From positions 9,858,001 to 9,922,000 of the forward strand of contig OX597838.1 of NCBI GenBank assembly GCA_951406725.2: a stretch of 64,000 nucleotides of DNA, in the 5' to 3' direction. Source of the DNA: Octopus vulgaris. Taxonomy: Eukaryota. Both the position numbers and the translations under genes were made by a program. Under the pieces are notes generated by a model. That model had not been told where the DNA came from and ran no database searches. It saw nothing but the letters and a program-made list of their open reading frames with translations. Shown piece after piece: positions 41,032-55,109 of this stretch; positions within the stretch are counted from its first letter, which is position 1; every line of letters starts with the position of its first letter.

Positions 41032-41085
<54 letters not shown>

Positions 41086-42236
41086 TATGCTGCTGCCCGC
41101 AACTTTGGTTGTCGCTGCTACTGTTACATCACAGCTAACCACCACCACTACCACCACCACCACCACCACCACCACCACCACTGCTGCCACTACCAATTTA
41201 ATCGGGGTATTTGCTGCAATGGCAGCAGCCACTGCTGCAGCTGCTGATGCTGCTACAACTACCACCATCACCACCACCTCCACCACCACTACCTCCACCA
41301 CCACCACTACTACTATTATTATTATTACTACTACTACTATCACCTCTACTACTATTATTATTACCACTCACAACCACCACCACAACCACAATTATTACTA
41401 ATATTATTATTACTACTACTACTGCTACTGTTATTATTACTACTTATCACTGCTACCACTACTATTATTACTACTACAACTCACCACCACTACCACCACC
41501 ACCACCACCACTCACCACCACTCACCACCACCACCACCACCACCACTACTACTACTACTACTCTGTGCATTCCCCTACATCCACCGAGCAAGTAAGACTG
41601 TGACATGCCTCAGGCAAGCACAGCAGTTCCGTCTCGCGACCACTCTATCTTTACAACTCTTTCCTCTTCCTCTTTCTCTGCTTCTTCACCCCCTCAACAC
41701 CACCACCGCACCAACCCCAACCTTGAAGCCCCAACAGATCTCACCTCCTTACCCCATCTGCACCTCATCTTCCCATGTTTCCTTTTACCTAAATTACTCC
41801 TTTGTCACCCAACTCTCTCTCTCTCTCTCGCTCTCCTTGCCTCCATCCTCTTCTTTGTTACCTGTGCCACTGGAGGCAAGTGTCACACTTGGCATCATTG
41901 TATATGATATAGCGATGCTTAAGGGAGAGAGAGAAAAAGCAAGAGAGAGAGAGGTCTTTAAATGGTCAATCAACCTGCTAGAGACAGCAACTAAATCTCC
42001 TTTTCAATCACACACATATACATCGTATCTTCTTAAATAAGGATGGACACATTTGACTATGTGGTCCTCAAAATACTTATGCTTTGAAATAAGGCAGGGT
42101 GGTCGTGACTGGAATTACATGTTGCTCATCAATGATCTTATGCTCTTATTACAACCTGGGGCTGAGCAACAACACCAGAAATGTCAAGAAATAAAAGATA
42201 GACGAACATCATCACCACTAACACCACCACCACCAC

Positions 42237-42640
42237 TAAAACTACCACCATCACTCACCACTACCACTAAAACCACCACCATCACTCACCACTGCCACTA
42301 AAACCACCACCATCACTCACCAATGCCACTAAAACCACCACCATCACTCACCACCACCACTAAAACCACCACCATCACTCACCAACGCCACTAAAACCAC
42401 CACCATCACTCACCACCGCCACTAAAACCACCACCATCACTCACCACTGCCACTAAAACCACCACCATCACTCACCACTGCCACTAAAACCACCACCATC
42501 ACTCACCCCTGCCATTAAAACCACCACCATCACTCACCACTGCCACTAAAACCACCACCATCACTCACCACTGCCACTAACACCACCACCATCACTCACC
42601 ACCGCCACTAACACAACCGCCATCACTCACCACCGCCATC
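42237..42640. repeat. 30-bp minisatellite (TAAAACCACCACCATCACTCACCACTGCCAC-like), about 13 units
   Basis: Direct inspection. Confidence 0.92.
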
Positions 42641-43319
42641 GCCCACCATCACCATCATTCACCCCTGTCATCATTCACTGCCACTATCACTCACTACTGT
42701 TATTCCCCACCACCATTACTCACCACTGTCATTACCCACCACCATCACTCACAACTGTTGTCATTTACCACTGCTGTCACTCACCACTACCATCATTCAC
42801 CACTGCTCTCACTCACCACTGTCATCACCCACCACCACCATCACTCCACCATCATTCAACACCATTATCACCCACCACTGCAGTCACCCAGCACCAGCAC
42901 CACCACCTACCTCTACATTACCTTAATTGCTGCTGCTAACATCACCACCATCAGCACTACCACATCACTGCTACCTTCACCACCACCACCACCACCACCA
43001 CTGCTTCTAAAATCACTACTAAGTTTGAATCAACAAGGGAGCTTTGGCTGCTATTTGTAGCAGATCATTAGATCTGCTACAAATAGCAGCCAAAGTCTTC
43101 TTCAAATCATCCGACTATCTTAAAATATACAATTTTTGAAGCAAAGGTTGAATGTTTGTGTTTGGAATACCTTTGATCATAGGCTAGCTCATTCAGAGCT
43201 GACCAAGGGTTATATAAGCTATACATCATCAATAGCAGCAGTGTTACCATGACCATCACCAACAACAACTTCCCATCACCACTATCAATAAAAGGCTACA
43301 TGGTTCGGATGGAGTTTAT

Positions 43320-43737
43320 TCTCTCTTTTACTCTTTTACTTGTTTCAGTCATTTGACTGCGGCCATGCTGGAGCACCGCCTTTAGTCGAGCAAATCGACC
43401 CTGGGACTTATTCTTTGTAAGCCCAGTACTTATTCTATCGGTCTCTTTTGCCGAACCGCTAAGTGACGGGGACGTAAACACACCAGCATCGGTTGTCAAG
43501 CAATGCTAGGGGGACAAACTCAGACACACAAACATATACACACACACACACACCCATATATACATACATATATACGACAGGTTTCTTTCAGTTTCCGTCT
43601 ACCAAATCCACTAACAAGGCATTGGTCAGCCCGGGGCTATAGTAGAAGACACTTGCCCAAGATGCCACGCAGTGGGACTGAACCCGGAACCATGTGGTTG
43701 GTTAGCAAGCTACTTACCACACAGCCACTCCTGCGCC
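43320..43737 (-). mobile_element. SINE family A, full length
   Basis: Colinear with family A. Confidence 0.92.
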
Positions 43738-44533
43738 TATTGATGCAGATTTTCTGCAGATGCATGATGCTCTTGAAGGTGCATGGCTCGGCGGTTAGGG
43801 CATTGGGCACACAATCATATAGTAGTGAGTTTGATTCCCTAACTGGGCTTTGTATTGAGTCCTTGAGCAAGACACTTTATTTCATGTTGCTCCAGTTTAC
43901 TCAGCCGTAGAAATGAGTTGTGACGTCACTGGTGCCAAGCTGTATCAGCCTTTGCCTTTCCCTTGGATAACATTGATGGTGAAGAAAGGGGAGTCTGCTA
44001 TGCATGATTGAAGGGGTATTTACCCTTTATCCTATATACATATAATGGCATGGAGAGGAGAGGCTGGTGTGCAAGGGCAACTGCTGGTCTTTTACCTGTA
44101 AGTGAACACACCAACACCATATATACATGGCAGGCCTCTTTCTGTTTCCGTCGACCAAATCAACTCAAAAGGCTTTGGTCAGCCTGAGGCTATAGTAGAA
44201 GAAACTTGCCCAAGGTACCACATAGTGGGACTGAAACCACAACCATGTGGGTAGGAAGCACACTTCTTACCACACAGCCATGCCTGGTTTACAAAATATA
44301 TATACATGATCTTGTTATGCTTGTATTAAGGGTCCCATTTATAGGGAAAAGATGGGATGATCACAGCTGGAATGCTTTTGATCATAGGCCTGCTTAATCA
44401 GGGCTGGCTTGAGGTTAACAGCACCAGCAACAGCAGCAGTAACCTCAAAAGCCATGTGCCAACAAGGTGTCTCTCAATGTTGCTGTCAACCTGCTAGAAA
44501 TAGCAGCCAAATCTCCTTTAAATTACACTGTAC

Positions 44534-44940
44534 CTATTTCTTTACTACCCACAAGGGGCTAAACACAGAGAGGACAAACAAGGATAAATGGATTAAGTCG
44601 ATTATATCAACCCCAGTGCGTAACTGGTACTTATTTAATCGACCCCGAAAGGATGAAAAGTAAAGTCACCTCGGCGGAATTTGAACTCAGAACGTAGCGA
44701 CAGACGAAATACCTATTTCTTTACTACCCACAAGGGGCTAAACACAGAGGGGACAAACAAGGACAGACAAATGGATTAAGTCGATTACATCGACCCCAGT
44801 TCGTAACTGGTACTTAATTTATTGACCCCAAAAGGATGAAAGGCGAAGTTGACCTCGACGGAATTTGAACCCAGAACGTAGCGACAGACGAAATACCACT
44901 TAGCATTTCGCCCGACGTGCTAACGATTCTGCCAGCTCGG
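44534..44940 (-). mobile_element. SINE family B, head plus two units
   Basis: Flanked by direct repeat TTAAATTACACTGTACC; same internal junction as 28801-28815. Confidence 0.9.
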
Positions 44941-44988
44941 TGCCTTAAATTACACTGTACCATCTTGCAAACACACGCACATACACAC

Positions 44989-45093
<105 letters not shown>

Positions 45094-45910
45094 CATACAC
45101 ACTTACACGTACATGTAAGTGGACAACTGTTGTAAGAGAGGATGGATAAGGCCGGGACCAGAGTCATTTGTCTTTTCATCAAAAGTCTGCTCCAACAACA
45201 AGAACAGCAAAATGACATCAAGTGGATTTTTTTTTTGTTTTTTGTTTCTCCTTGATCTCCTCAAATAGCAACAACAACTGTTGGAGTCTCCATCAATCAC
45301 AGAGTGATGAACATCCTGTTGTTTGACTAACCGAATTCTTACTCATGAAATGAATCCGTAGGCAGCTGAGCATTCTCTTGACACATGGAATCTTGATGAT
45401 GCAGAGCAATAGTTAAGGCTGAATCAGTAGGACATGATGTGATGGGGCAAGACATAATAGATACACACACACACACACATCATCATCAATATCATCATCA
45501 TCATCATCATCATTTAGCGTCCGCTTTCCATGCTGGCATGGGTTGGACGGTTCAACTGGGGTCTGGGAAGCCAGAAGGCTGCACCAGGCCCCAGTCTTAT
45601 CTGGCAGTGTTTCTACGGCTGGATGCCCTTCCTAACGCCAACTACTCCGTGAGTGTAGTGGGTGCTTTTAACGTGCCACCGGCACGGGGGCCAGGCGAGG
45701 CTGGCAAACGGCCACGATCGGATGGTGATTTTTACATGCCACCAGCACGGAAGCCAGGCGGCACTGGCATCGGCCATGCTCGGATGGTGCTTTTTACGTG
45801 CCACCAGCACGAGGCCAGTTGGGGCGGCGCTGGCAACGGCCATGTTCGGATGGTTCTATGTAACTCCAAAATGTATTGACTTACTTTTTTTTTATATACC
45901 CACTCATTCA

Positions 45911-45969
<59 letters not shown>

Positions 45970-46504
45970 TTTCTGGATTCCTTAAGAATCAAAGCATATT
46001 GGCATGTGAACAAATGTTGGCTATGTCCAGGTGCTAAGAACTCTTGCTATGCTACAACAGGTAAGACACCAGCCAATGTTGGCTATGTTTAGGACAACTG
46101 TTTAAAATCTTACCTGTTTAAAACTGTTCCTGATAATGGTGGATTGTGTGTTATGGTGTAATCTTTTGCAACTGAATTAAGTAAATAAAATTCTATTGAA
46201 ACAGCTGTTGTAAATTTCAAATACAATTTGTATTAACTATTTTGTGTGTGTGTGTGTGTGTGTGTACATACCTGTATATATGTACATATGTGTAAATGTA
46301 TGTCTGTCTATATGAGTGTATTTATGTGTGCATGTATATGTGTGTATATATATGACTGTATTTATATGTGGATGTATATATATGTGTGTGTGTGTGTGTA
46401 TATATACACACACACGTATTATGTGTATGTGTGTGCTGTATACACACACACACACACACACACATACATATAGATGTATTGTGTGTGTGTGTATGTATAT
46501 ATAA

Positions 46505-46732
46505 GGCGGCGAGCTGGTAGAAACGTTAGCACGCCGGGCGAAATTCGTAGCAGTATTTCGTCTGTCGTTACGTTCCGAGTTCAAATTCCGCCGAGGTCGA
46601 CTTTGCCTTTCATCCTTTCGGGGTCGATAAATTAAGTACCAGTTACGCACTGGGGTCGATGTAATCGACTTGATCCCTTTGTCTGTCCTTGTTTGTCCCC
46701 TCTATGTTTAGCCCCTTGTGGGTAGTAAAGAA

Positions 46733-46736
<4 letters not shown>
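46505..46736 (+). mobile_element. SINE family B monomer (others at 47345-47575, 60520-60940 split by (TAA)n, and 61942-62172, all minus)
   Basis: Colinear with family B. Confidence 0.9.
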
Positions 46737-46767
<31 letters not shown>

Positions 46768-47639
46768 TTCGCACACACATGTGTGTGCATTGCTAAATAC
46801 TTCATAGCAGTGCTCCAGCATGGCCAAATATATTTTATTCTTTGTACTCGTATCCATTCAATGACTGAAACAAGTAAAAAGAAAAAAGACATACTATACT
46901 ACATCAACAGAGATTTAAGAAATTACTGGTTGGTCATGGTTGGAACACTTGATCATAGCCCTGCACATTGAGAAACTAACCTAGTATTATTGTGTTCTGT
47001 TGTCACACTGTATTAGAACTGAACCTGGTTTACTTGAACTTCTTATTGAACCATAACATATGGTCTGCAGTGAGGATTACTCTTGCTAATCCTTCTAAAC
47101 ATGTTTTCTGTACTGTACCTACACATTGGTTAAGATCAAGTTCTTTAAGGTATGCTCTCAAAATCTTTGTTCTCAAAGCTCTAATAATAATTGGCTGCAT
47201 CATGGCCTTCTTAACTTTTCTGTTCCAGCTCTGGAGGTGTATATAATACTTTACTTTTTCTTTTTTTACTTTTTTTTACTCTGATATCAAATTTGCATTA
47301 TTATTATTATTACTTCCTAATGTATCAGTATTATTATTACTTTCTTATTTCTTTACTGCCCACAAGGGGCTACACATGGAGGGGCTAAACACAGAGAGGA
47401 CAAACGGATTAAGTCGATTATATCGACCCCAGTGTGTAACTGGTACTTATTTAATCAACCCCAAAAGGATGAAAGGCAAAGTCGACCTCAGCTGGAGTTG
47501 AACTCAGAACGTAGCGGCAGACAAAATACTGCTAAGCATTTCGCCCAATGTGCTAATGTTTCTGCCAGCTCACCTTATTATTATTACTTTCTTAAGGTGG
47601 CAAGCTAGCAGAATTGTTACTGTATTTGACAATATCCCA

Positions 47640-48120
47640 TCCAAAATGAAAGAATTTTTCAAAAAACATGTCAACTTGATTATTGCTAGGAAATAAGTTT
47701 ACTCAAAATAGCCACTTTCGGTTTCTACCATGGCCTCAAGACAGCTCTGGAACCTGGCACATGCATTCCTGACTATGTCCCTGGGAAGATCTTCAAATAA
47801 CTCCTTGCTTGTAGCCAACTTGGCCTTGGTGTTTCAGGCAGGAGTAGTTGGTGTCTTTCTCAACAGCACCTCACACATAGTAACCCAAGGGATTACAATT
47901 AGGGGATCTAGGAGTCATAGAAATTCTTTAACATCAAATCTGACTCTTTCTGGTTGTATGGCAAGGGACCAAATCCTGTTGCCACACATATGGCCTTCCA
48001 GCAGCAACCCTTGTTTGACCACAGTTTCCAGCAGCTTCTCACGGTCAGTTGAATTGTGTCTAAGGCCCTGTTCAAAGATATGATGAGTATGACATAACCC
48101 TAATTGGGGAAACACCTAAA
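47640..48120 (-). mobile_element. Tc1/mariner superfamily (DD37D/maT-like) transposase C-terminal remnant
   Basis: Minus-strand frames give HIFEQGLRHNS..KLLETVVK, GRPYVWQQD and ELFEDLPRDIVRNACARFQSCLEAMVETESGYFE*. Confidence 0.82.
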
Positions 48121-49214
48121 GAGAATCATAGTTTGGAGTAACTTGATTTGAGTGAGTGTCAAAACTATGCTGTCAGGGACTTTGAGTCCATGGTAGGGCC
48201 AAGTAAGGCAGACAGGTCTGATACTGGTGGTGCTAGGGCTGCAACCCAGCTAACTGGAGGGCAACAGTGAATTCCAGGTAGCATCTGTTCCAGAATCCAG
48301 TGGACTCCAGGTGGTGGTGGTGTAACATGAGGACCAGTTGTGTATGGCGGCTTATGAATACAGACAGGAACTGCTTTTGTGGAGTCTGACCATCTTGAAA
48401 CTCACAATAGTGAATTCAATAGGACCTGGCATAACCCCTCTTGGGTGAATGCCATTCCAAGACAAGACAAGAAGCAACTTGGTTTTCATGATACACGGGA
48501 CAGCACATGGATTGTAGGCAAGTGTTCACAGAGCATTGAGCAGTTGTCATGATGTTGGCATTTTTATACCCGACACAAATCATCCTGATATATGTAAATC
48601 TTTCCCAATATTCAGATGGCTTCCAGTCTTCTATGTTAGCTAACTTTTCCTCAACAACACCTTTAATCTCAATATTTGCCAATGCTAAGCTGTTCCTGTA
48701 AAAAAGGTGACATAAAAAAATTGTTAAATTTAGTCAAACACCATGTATACTTGGATATGGCTGCTATTTCTAACTGTTTAAACGGCTGTGAAGAGACTGG
48801 CAGTGGTAGTGGTAGTGGTGGTCTAATAACAGACGGAGATGGTTTGATTGTTGTGGTAGTTCTAAAGGAGATCTGGTGGTGGTGGTGGTGGTGGTGATGG
48901 TGGTGGTGGTGGTGGTAGTGGTGGTGGTGGTGGTGGTACTGAATTTAATAGTGTGATGTAAGAATGGGGCAGGAAAGAGAAAAAGAGTAATAGTATGAGG
49001 AGGAGATGAAAGAAATGGGAAAGATATGAGTAGTGAAGCAATGAGAAGAAAATGTAATGTGTGGTGGGAGGAAGTGACAGACGAACTGTTGGATGATGAT
49101 GGTGGTGGTGGTAGTGGTGGTGGTAGTGGTGGCAATGATGCTAATAGTGATGGTGGTGGTGATGACCACAATGTTGATGAGGATGGTGGTGACTGGAATG
49201 ACAGTGGCAATGGT

Positions 49215-49555
49215 GGTGGTATTGGTGGTGATGATGATGATGATGATGATGATGATGACATTGATGGTGGTAGCCGTGGTGGTGGTGGTGGTGGTGATGA
49301 TGATGATGATGACATTGATGGTGGTAGCCGTGGTGGTGGTGTAGGTGGTGATGATGATGACATTGATGGTGGTAGCCGTGGTGGTGGTGTAGGTGGTGAT
49401 GATGATGATGATGATGATGATGACATTGATGGTGGTAGCCGTGGTGGTGGTGTAGGTGATGATGATGATGATGATGATGATGACATTGATGGTGGTAGCC
49501 GTGGTGGTGGTGTAGGTGGTGATGATGATGATGACATTGACGGTGGTAGTGGTAG
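49215..49555. repeat. ~50-65 bp minisatellite (GAT)n-GACATTGATGGTGGTAGCCGT-(GGT)n
   Basis: Five to six units by inspection. Confidence 0.92.
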
Positions 49556-50944
49556 TGATGGAGCAGTGCTGATGATGGTGGTGGTGGTGATGGTGTCATT
49601 GAAAGAAATACACACTATAAGACGATAATGATGATGATGATGACAAAATTGATGGGAGAAAAAAAGAACACAAGAAAAGCAAAAAGATGACAATGACGAT
49701 GAGGATGATTACACGTAAAAATGATAACAGTGGTGGTGGTAGCAGTGGTATTGGTGACAGTAATGGTGGTGGTGGTGGTGGTGATGGGGGAAGCATTGGT
49801 GGTGATGATGATGATGATGATGATGATGGGTGGGGAAGAGGACAAAGAAAGAAGATGGTGTTAATGATGACGAAAGAGGGGGAGAAAATGGAAATGGGGG
49901 GGAGAGTACAGTTGAAGCAACGATAATGATGGTGTAGAAACGAACATGAGTCGACGAAGAAATCAGAAGAACCTGATGGCTGGTGGTGATTAGTTTTAAT
50001 TAGTGGAAGAGAAGATAAGTATGTATGGTGGTGGTGGTCATGGTGGTGGTGGTGGTGATGGAAGGAATTGGCAGAAAGAAAGATTGGTTAGTGATAGATT
50101 GAAAGAAGCTTAATAATGAAGGAGTTGAAAGAAAGAATTATGAGAGGAAGAAAAAGAAGAAACAAAAAATAATAATAATAATAAAAAAAATGAGAAATGT
50201 AGGAAAAGACAAATAGGCAAAAAGGAAAGGAAGAAAGAAAATGAGAACGGAGTAAGTGTGAAGAAAAATTGAAGGAATTAATTGAAGGAAAGAAAGAAAA
50301 AGATTAAAGAAAAATGAACAAAGAAAAAATGATGAAAGAATTTGGGGGGAGGGGAAATGGCAAAAAGAAAGAAAGAGTAGACGGAAAATGAAGGAAATGA
50401 AAGAGAAACAGTGGAAGAAATGAGATGAAAGAATAAGGAAGGAAGAAAGAAAGACAGAAATACAAAAAGTAAAAGTAGAATTTGTAGAAATATTATTGGA
50501 GTCAAATTGTTTGGCTGAAATTTTTCAATGTGGTGCTGCCCCAGCATGGCCACAGTCCAATGAGTGAAACCAGTAAAAGAAGATATGTCTCTGTCTAGAA
50601 GAGAAGGAAGAGCGAGAAAAAGAAAGAAAAGAAGAACAAAAGAAGAACCAATGGCGGTGCCCCAGCATGGCCAAAGCTCTTGAGCTGAAACTAGATAAAA
50701 TAAAAATGAGGAACAAAAGGAGATAGAAAGAGTAAAAAAAAAAGGAAGAGTAAAATTGTACAAAGAAATAAGAAGAAACAAAAAAAAAGAAACAAAAAGA
50801 TGAAACGAATGAATATCAAGAGATTCCAGGTTCAAATGACAATGGCACAAATGGGACAAACATCTTCTACAATAAGCTGCAGACCAACCAATGCTTTGTG
50901 AATGAATTTGGTACACAGAAACCAAAAGAATCTTGTCATATAGT

Positions 50945-50980
<36 letters not shown>

Positions 50981-51450
50981 GTTTAACGTCCGCTTTCCAT
51001 GCTAGCATGGGTTGGACGATTTTGACTGAGGACTGGCGAACCAGATGGTTGCACCAGGCTCCAATCTTGATCTGGCAGAATTTCTACAGCTGGTTGCCCT
51101 TCCTAACGACAAACCACACCGGAGATGATATCAAAAAGTTCCTGAACTAGTTCTGTAGCGCACCAACAGATGGCAGCACATGGTTACATGTTCAGTGAGA
51201 GCTAGTAGTGACCTTCATCATCATCATCATCGTTTAACGTCTGCTTTCCATGCTAGCATGGGTTGGACGATTTGACCGAGGGCTGGCGAACCAGATGGTT
51301 GCACCAGGCTCCAATCTTGATCTGGCTGAGTTTCTACAGCTGGATGCCCTTCCTAACACCAACCACGCCGGAGATGATATCAAAAGTTCCTGATCTAGTT
51401 CTGTAGTGCATACAACAGATGGCAGCACATGGTTACATGCTCAGTGAGCC
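50945..51450. repeat. Tandem duplication (~250 bp) of a SINE C 3' end joined to a mariner terminus
   Basis: 50965-51210 repeats at 51216-51448; 51122-51212 matches the reverse complement of 62640-62729. Confidence 0.85.
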
Positions 51451-52037
51451 ACATAGGCAGGGCCAAAATGTCTCATACTTATTAATGTAGCCTTGTTCCA
51501 CTTTGATGTCTCATTGACTCAGATATTTAACGTTCCTTCTAAGATAATGTAGTATTTATATAATTTGAGGCATGACATGTACTAAACACAATGTAATAAG
51601 TACCGAGAAATGGAGCTGACTGATAAAACTGAGTAACACAATTTTTGTTTTTAAGTAGCAACTGTTATTCCCTATTTGCTTACTCTTAGAAAGTATAACA
51701 AATGACTAATATTTTCCTTCAAACTTAGATTTTCTTACTTTTATTCAAACCACAAAGAACAACTCTCAACATAAGGCTATGATGCTCCCCCACTACTCGT
51801 CCTCATCATCAGAGATGCACATATTGTCAGCGACTAAGGGACAGGCTCAAGTGGTTATGGTCAAGCAAATCTGTGGTATAGAGCAGAATATTTGCTATAA
51901 TGATATTTCTGCTTCAGCAACTCTGTGCTGAATCTATCTGAAATGTAATGGAGAATAGGTCAGCTTCAAAACATTGATGTCCAGGTGACGAAAGTAAAGT
52001 GTGAAAGGGATAGTAGTCATTTCCTTTGATTTCAATA

Positions 52038-52410
52038 TCTCTTTTACTCTTTTACTTGTTTCAGTCATTTGACTGCAGCCATGCTGGAGCACCGCCTTTA
52101 ATCGAGCAACTCAACCCCGGGACTTATTCATTGTAAGCCCAGTACTTATTCTATCATCTCTTTTGCCGAACTGCTAAGTGACGGGGACATAAACACACCA
52201 GCATCGGTTGTCAAGCAATGCTAGGGGACAAGCACAAACATACACGCACACACACATATATATATATATATACATATATACGACGGGCTTCTTTCAGTTT
52301 CCATCGACCAAATCCACTCACAAGGCTTTGGTCGGCCCGAGGCTATAGTAGAAGACACTTGCCCAAGGTGCCATGCAGTGGGACTGAACCCGGAACCATG
52401 TGGTTAAGCA
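52038..52410 (-). mobile_element. SINE family A (5' slightly truncated)
   Basis: Colinear with family A. Confidence 0.9.
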
Positions 52411-52419
52411 AATAGGAAA

Positions 52420-52945
52420 TATCATTTACTGACCAAAGATGAAAAGGATTTAAAAAATTGTTGCACAATGATAAACAAATAATTTGAGCAAAAGAGGATA
52501 CAACTTATCAAAACTGTGTACAATTATGCAATTGAGAGAGACAGAAGAACTACCAAAGGCAAAAAAGGGGACAGTTATGTGCTTGTCAAGCAAAGATAGA
52601 ACAACTTCTGAAATTGTCCAATAGGAAATGATACACAGGAAAGCAATTTCAGACAACTTCAGGAAAGTAGAATCTGAAAAGCAATATATGCATAAACTAC
52701 AGTAAAACCAACCAATGAAAAACATAGAGTGACTAACAAATTGGCAAACGTAACAACGGCTGATAAGATCTTCATAAAACAAGAGAAGAAAGCAGCCGAT
52801 GGAAATGAGAAGGAAGACCGAATCTACTCCAATGTATATCAAATTAGACCCAAGTCCCTAAAGAAGACATTTGCTGTCTAGCTGAAGTAGGAGCAGGAAA
52901 TGCAGCCAGCAAGAAGAATGATTTAGTTCCAATGAGGGTTTTATA
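52420..52945 (+). mobile_element. Possible highly degenerate R2-group LINE ORF fragment
   Basis: A-rich coding-like strand. TEELPKAKKGTVMCL and LLQCISN weakly recall the post-RT region of Hero/NeSL proteins; many stops. Confidence 0.3.
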
Positions 52946-53143
52946 TGTGGGTATATATGTATGTGTATATAACACAAAAATATACACACACACACAAACA
53001 CACACAAACACACACACACATATGCATGCACACGTACGCACACACAAACACACACATGCATGCACACGCACGCACACACACACACTCAAACAGACACACA
53101 AATAAATATGCACACACACACATATATATATATATACATATAT

Positions 53144-53215
<72 letters not shown>

Positions 53216-53599
53216 GATGGACTTACATCTCCCAATTTCATTTCCCAATTTCCATTTCCCAAATTCCCTCTCAAGCTATTGGTCAGAATCCAGGGCTATA
53301 GTAGAAAATACTTGCAACCATGTGGTTCCAGGTTCAATTCCAGTAGTGCAGTAGAATTGAACCTGAAACCACACAGTTGCAAAGTGAACTTCTTAACTAC
53401 ATAGCCCATGCTATGGGCTTATTTGGAATCAACTTGACCAACAATAAACCAGCTCTAAAAATCTTTCTGGTGCTATAATAATGAGGAGGTTGAGTGAGAG
53501 ATGCAGAGGAAGACATACAAATATTCAAATGGTAAGAAAAAAAAGAACTATTTCATATTTTTTTTATTTACGGTTAATATGTTGATAGTGTTGGGATAT

Positions 53600-53815
53600 A
53601 CTCTTTTACTCTTTTACTTGTTTCAGTCATTTGACTGTGACCATGCTGGAGCACCGCCTTTAGTCAAGCAAATCGACCCCGGGACTTATTCTTTGTAAGC
53701 CCAGTACTTATTCTATCGGTCTCTTTTGCTGAACCGCTAAGTGACAGAGTGGTAAACACACCAGCATCGGTTGTCAAGCAATGCTAGGGGGACAAACACA
53801 GACACACAAACACAT

Positions 53816-53846
<31 letters not shown>

Positions 53847-54015
53847 CATATATACGACAGGCTTCTTTCAGTTTCCGTCTACCAAATCCACTCACAAGGC
53901 ATTGGTCGGCCCGGGGCTATAGCAGAAGACACTTGCCCAAGATGCCACGCAGTGGGACTGAACCCGGAACCATGTGGTTGGTTAGCAAGCTACTTACCAC
54001 ACAGCCACTCCTGCG
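53600..54015 (-). mobile_element. SINE family A, full length
   Basis: Colinear with family A. Confidence 0.92.
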
Positions 54016-54265
54016 TGTATTGTTAATGAATGTTAATGAAAAATGTTAATGAAAAATATATAAAATCTGTTGTTAAGACTGAAGGTAGTGCAAGCTGTGT
54101 GTGACTCAAATCAGCTCTTGTTCATTTAAAAAGCTCCCATGTTACATCATTATCCAATAAATGTTCTTAAAAAACAGTTTCTTCTCGTTATGGTAACCAG
54201 ACGGTATTCATTTATTTATATATTTTATGATATATATATGTATGGGTATGTGATGTATGTACGTG

Positions 54266-54318
<53 letters not shown>

Positions 54319-54556
54319 GTGAATATGTTTTATGCACATTTACAAAAGTGTTTGTGTGTGTGTGTGTATCTATACACACACATACACACATATACAGACA
54401 TATATAAGTAATATGTGTAGTATATATGTATTTGTATATATATATATATATATATATATACATACATATATATATATATGTGCACATACACACAAGTATA
54501 TATATATATATATATAGTTTAGGACAATCAGTAAGTTGTCATAATAGGACATAATT

Positions 54557-54595
<39 letters not shown>

Positions 54596-55058
54596 GAATA
54601 TATTATATAATGATATATGAAACTGTATGTACGTATATGTTTTTATTACGTGAGTATGTGAGTGTGTGTGTGTTTTCACATTTTTAAAAACAAAATTTTT
54701 TTATCGTTATTCTATTAATTTGTTTCTTCTTGATTGTCCTCAGCAAACAAAGTTTCTCGTTTGGCTGTTTAGTGTACAAAGTCAGTATTGAAGGTAACAG
54801 CATGGAATTTTCTAGACAAATCTCGTCAGAAGTGTGAAAAACAAAAATAAAAAGAGATCCCTGCATAGTTTTTTTTTTCTTTTTTTTTTTTTAGTTATCT
54901 TTTTTATCTTGCTTTTCTGTTTTATCCTTTTTTCACTTTGTTGCCTTCAGTTGTTTTGTTGCCTTTTCTTTCTTCTTTCATTTCCATCGTTGAATAGAAA
55001 AAAGTACTGAATTAGGCAATAAAGAGAGAGAGAAAAAAAATTAGGTGTATATATATAT

Positions 55059-55093
<35 letters not shown>

Positions 55094-55109
55094 TATATAT
55101 ATTGTTTAA

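Noticed and set aside
42237-42640. 30-bp periodic array as a possible CRISPR
   Set aside because: No unique spacers; eukaryotic minisatellite.
48120-48700. Possible LTR integrase remnant (ARSY motif)
   Set aside because: Too degenerate; no further motifs recognisable.
48770-49693. His-rich, Asp/Gly-rich and Ser/Pro-rich ORFs
   Set aside because: Alternative frames of one triplet-based minisatellite.
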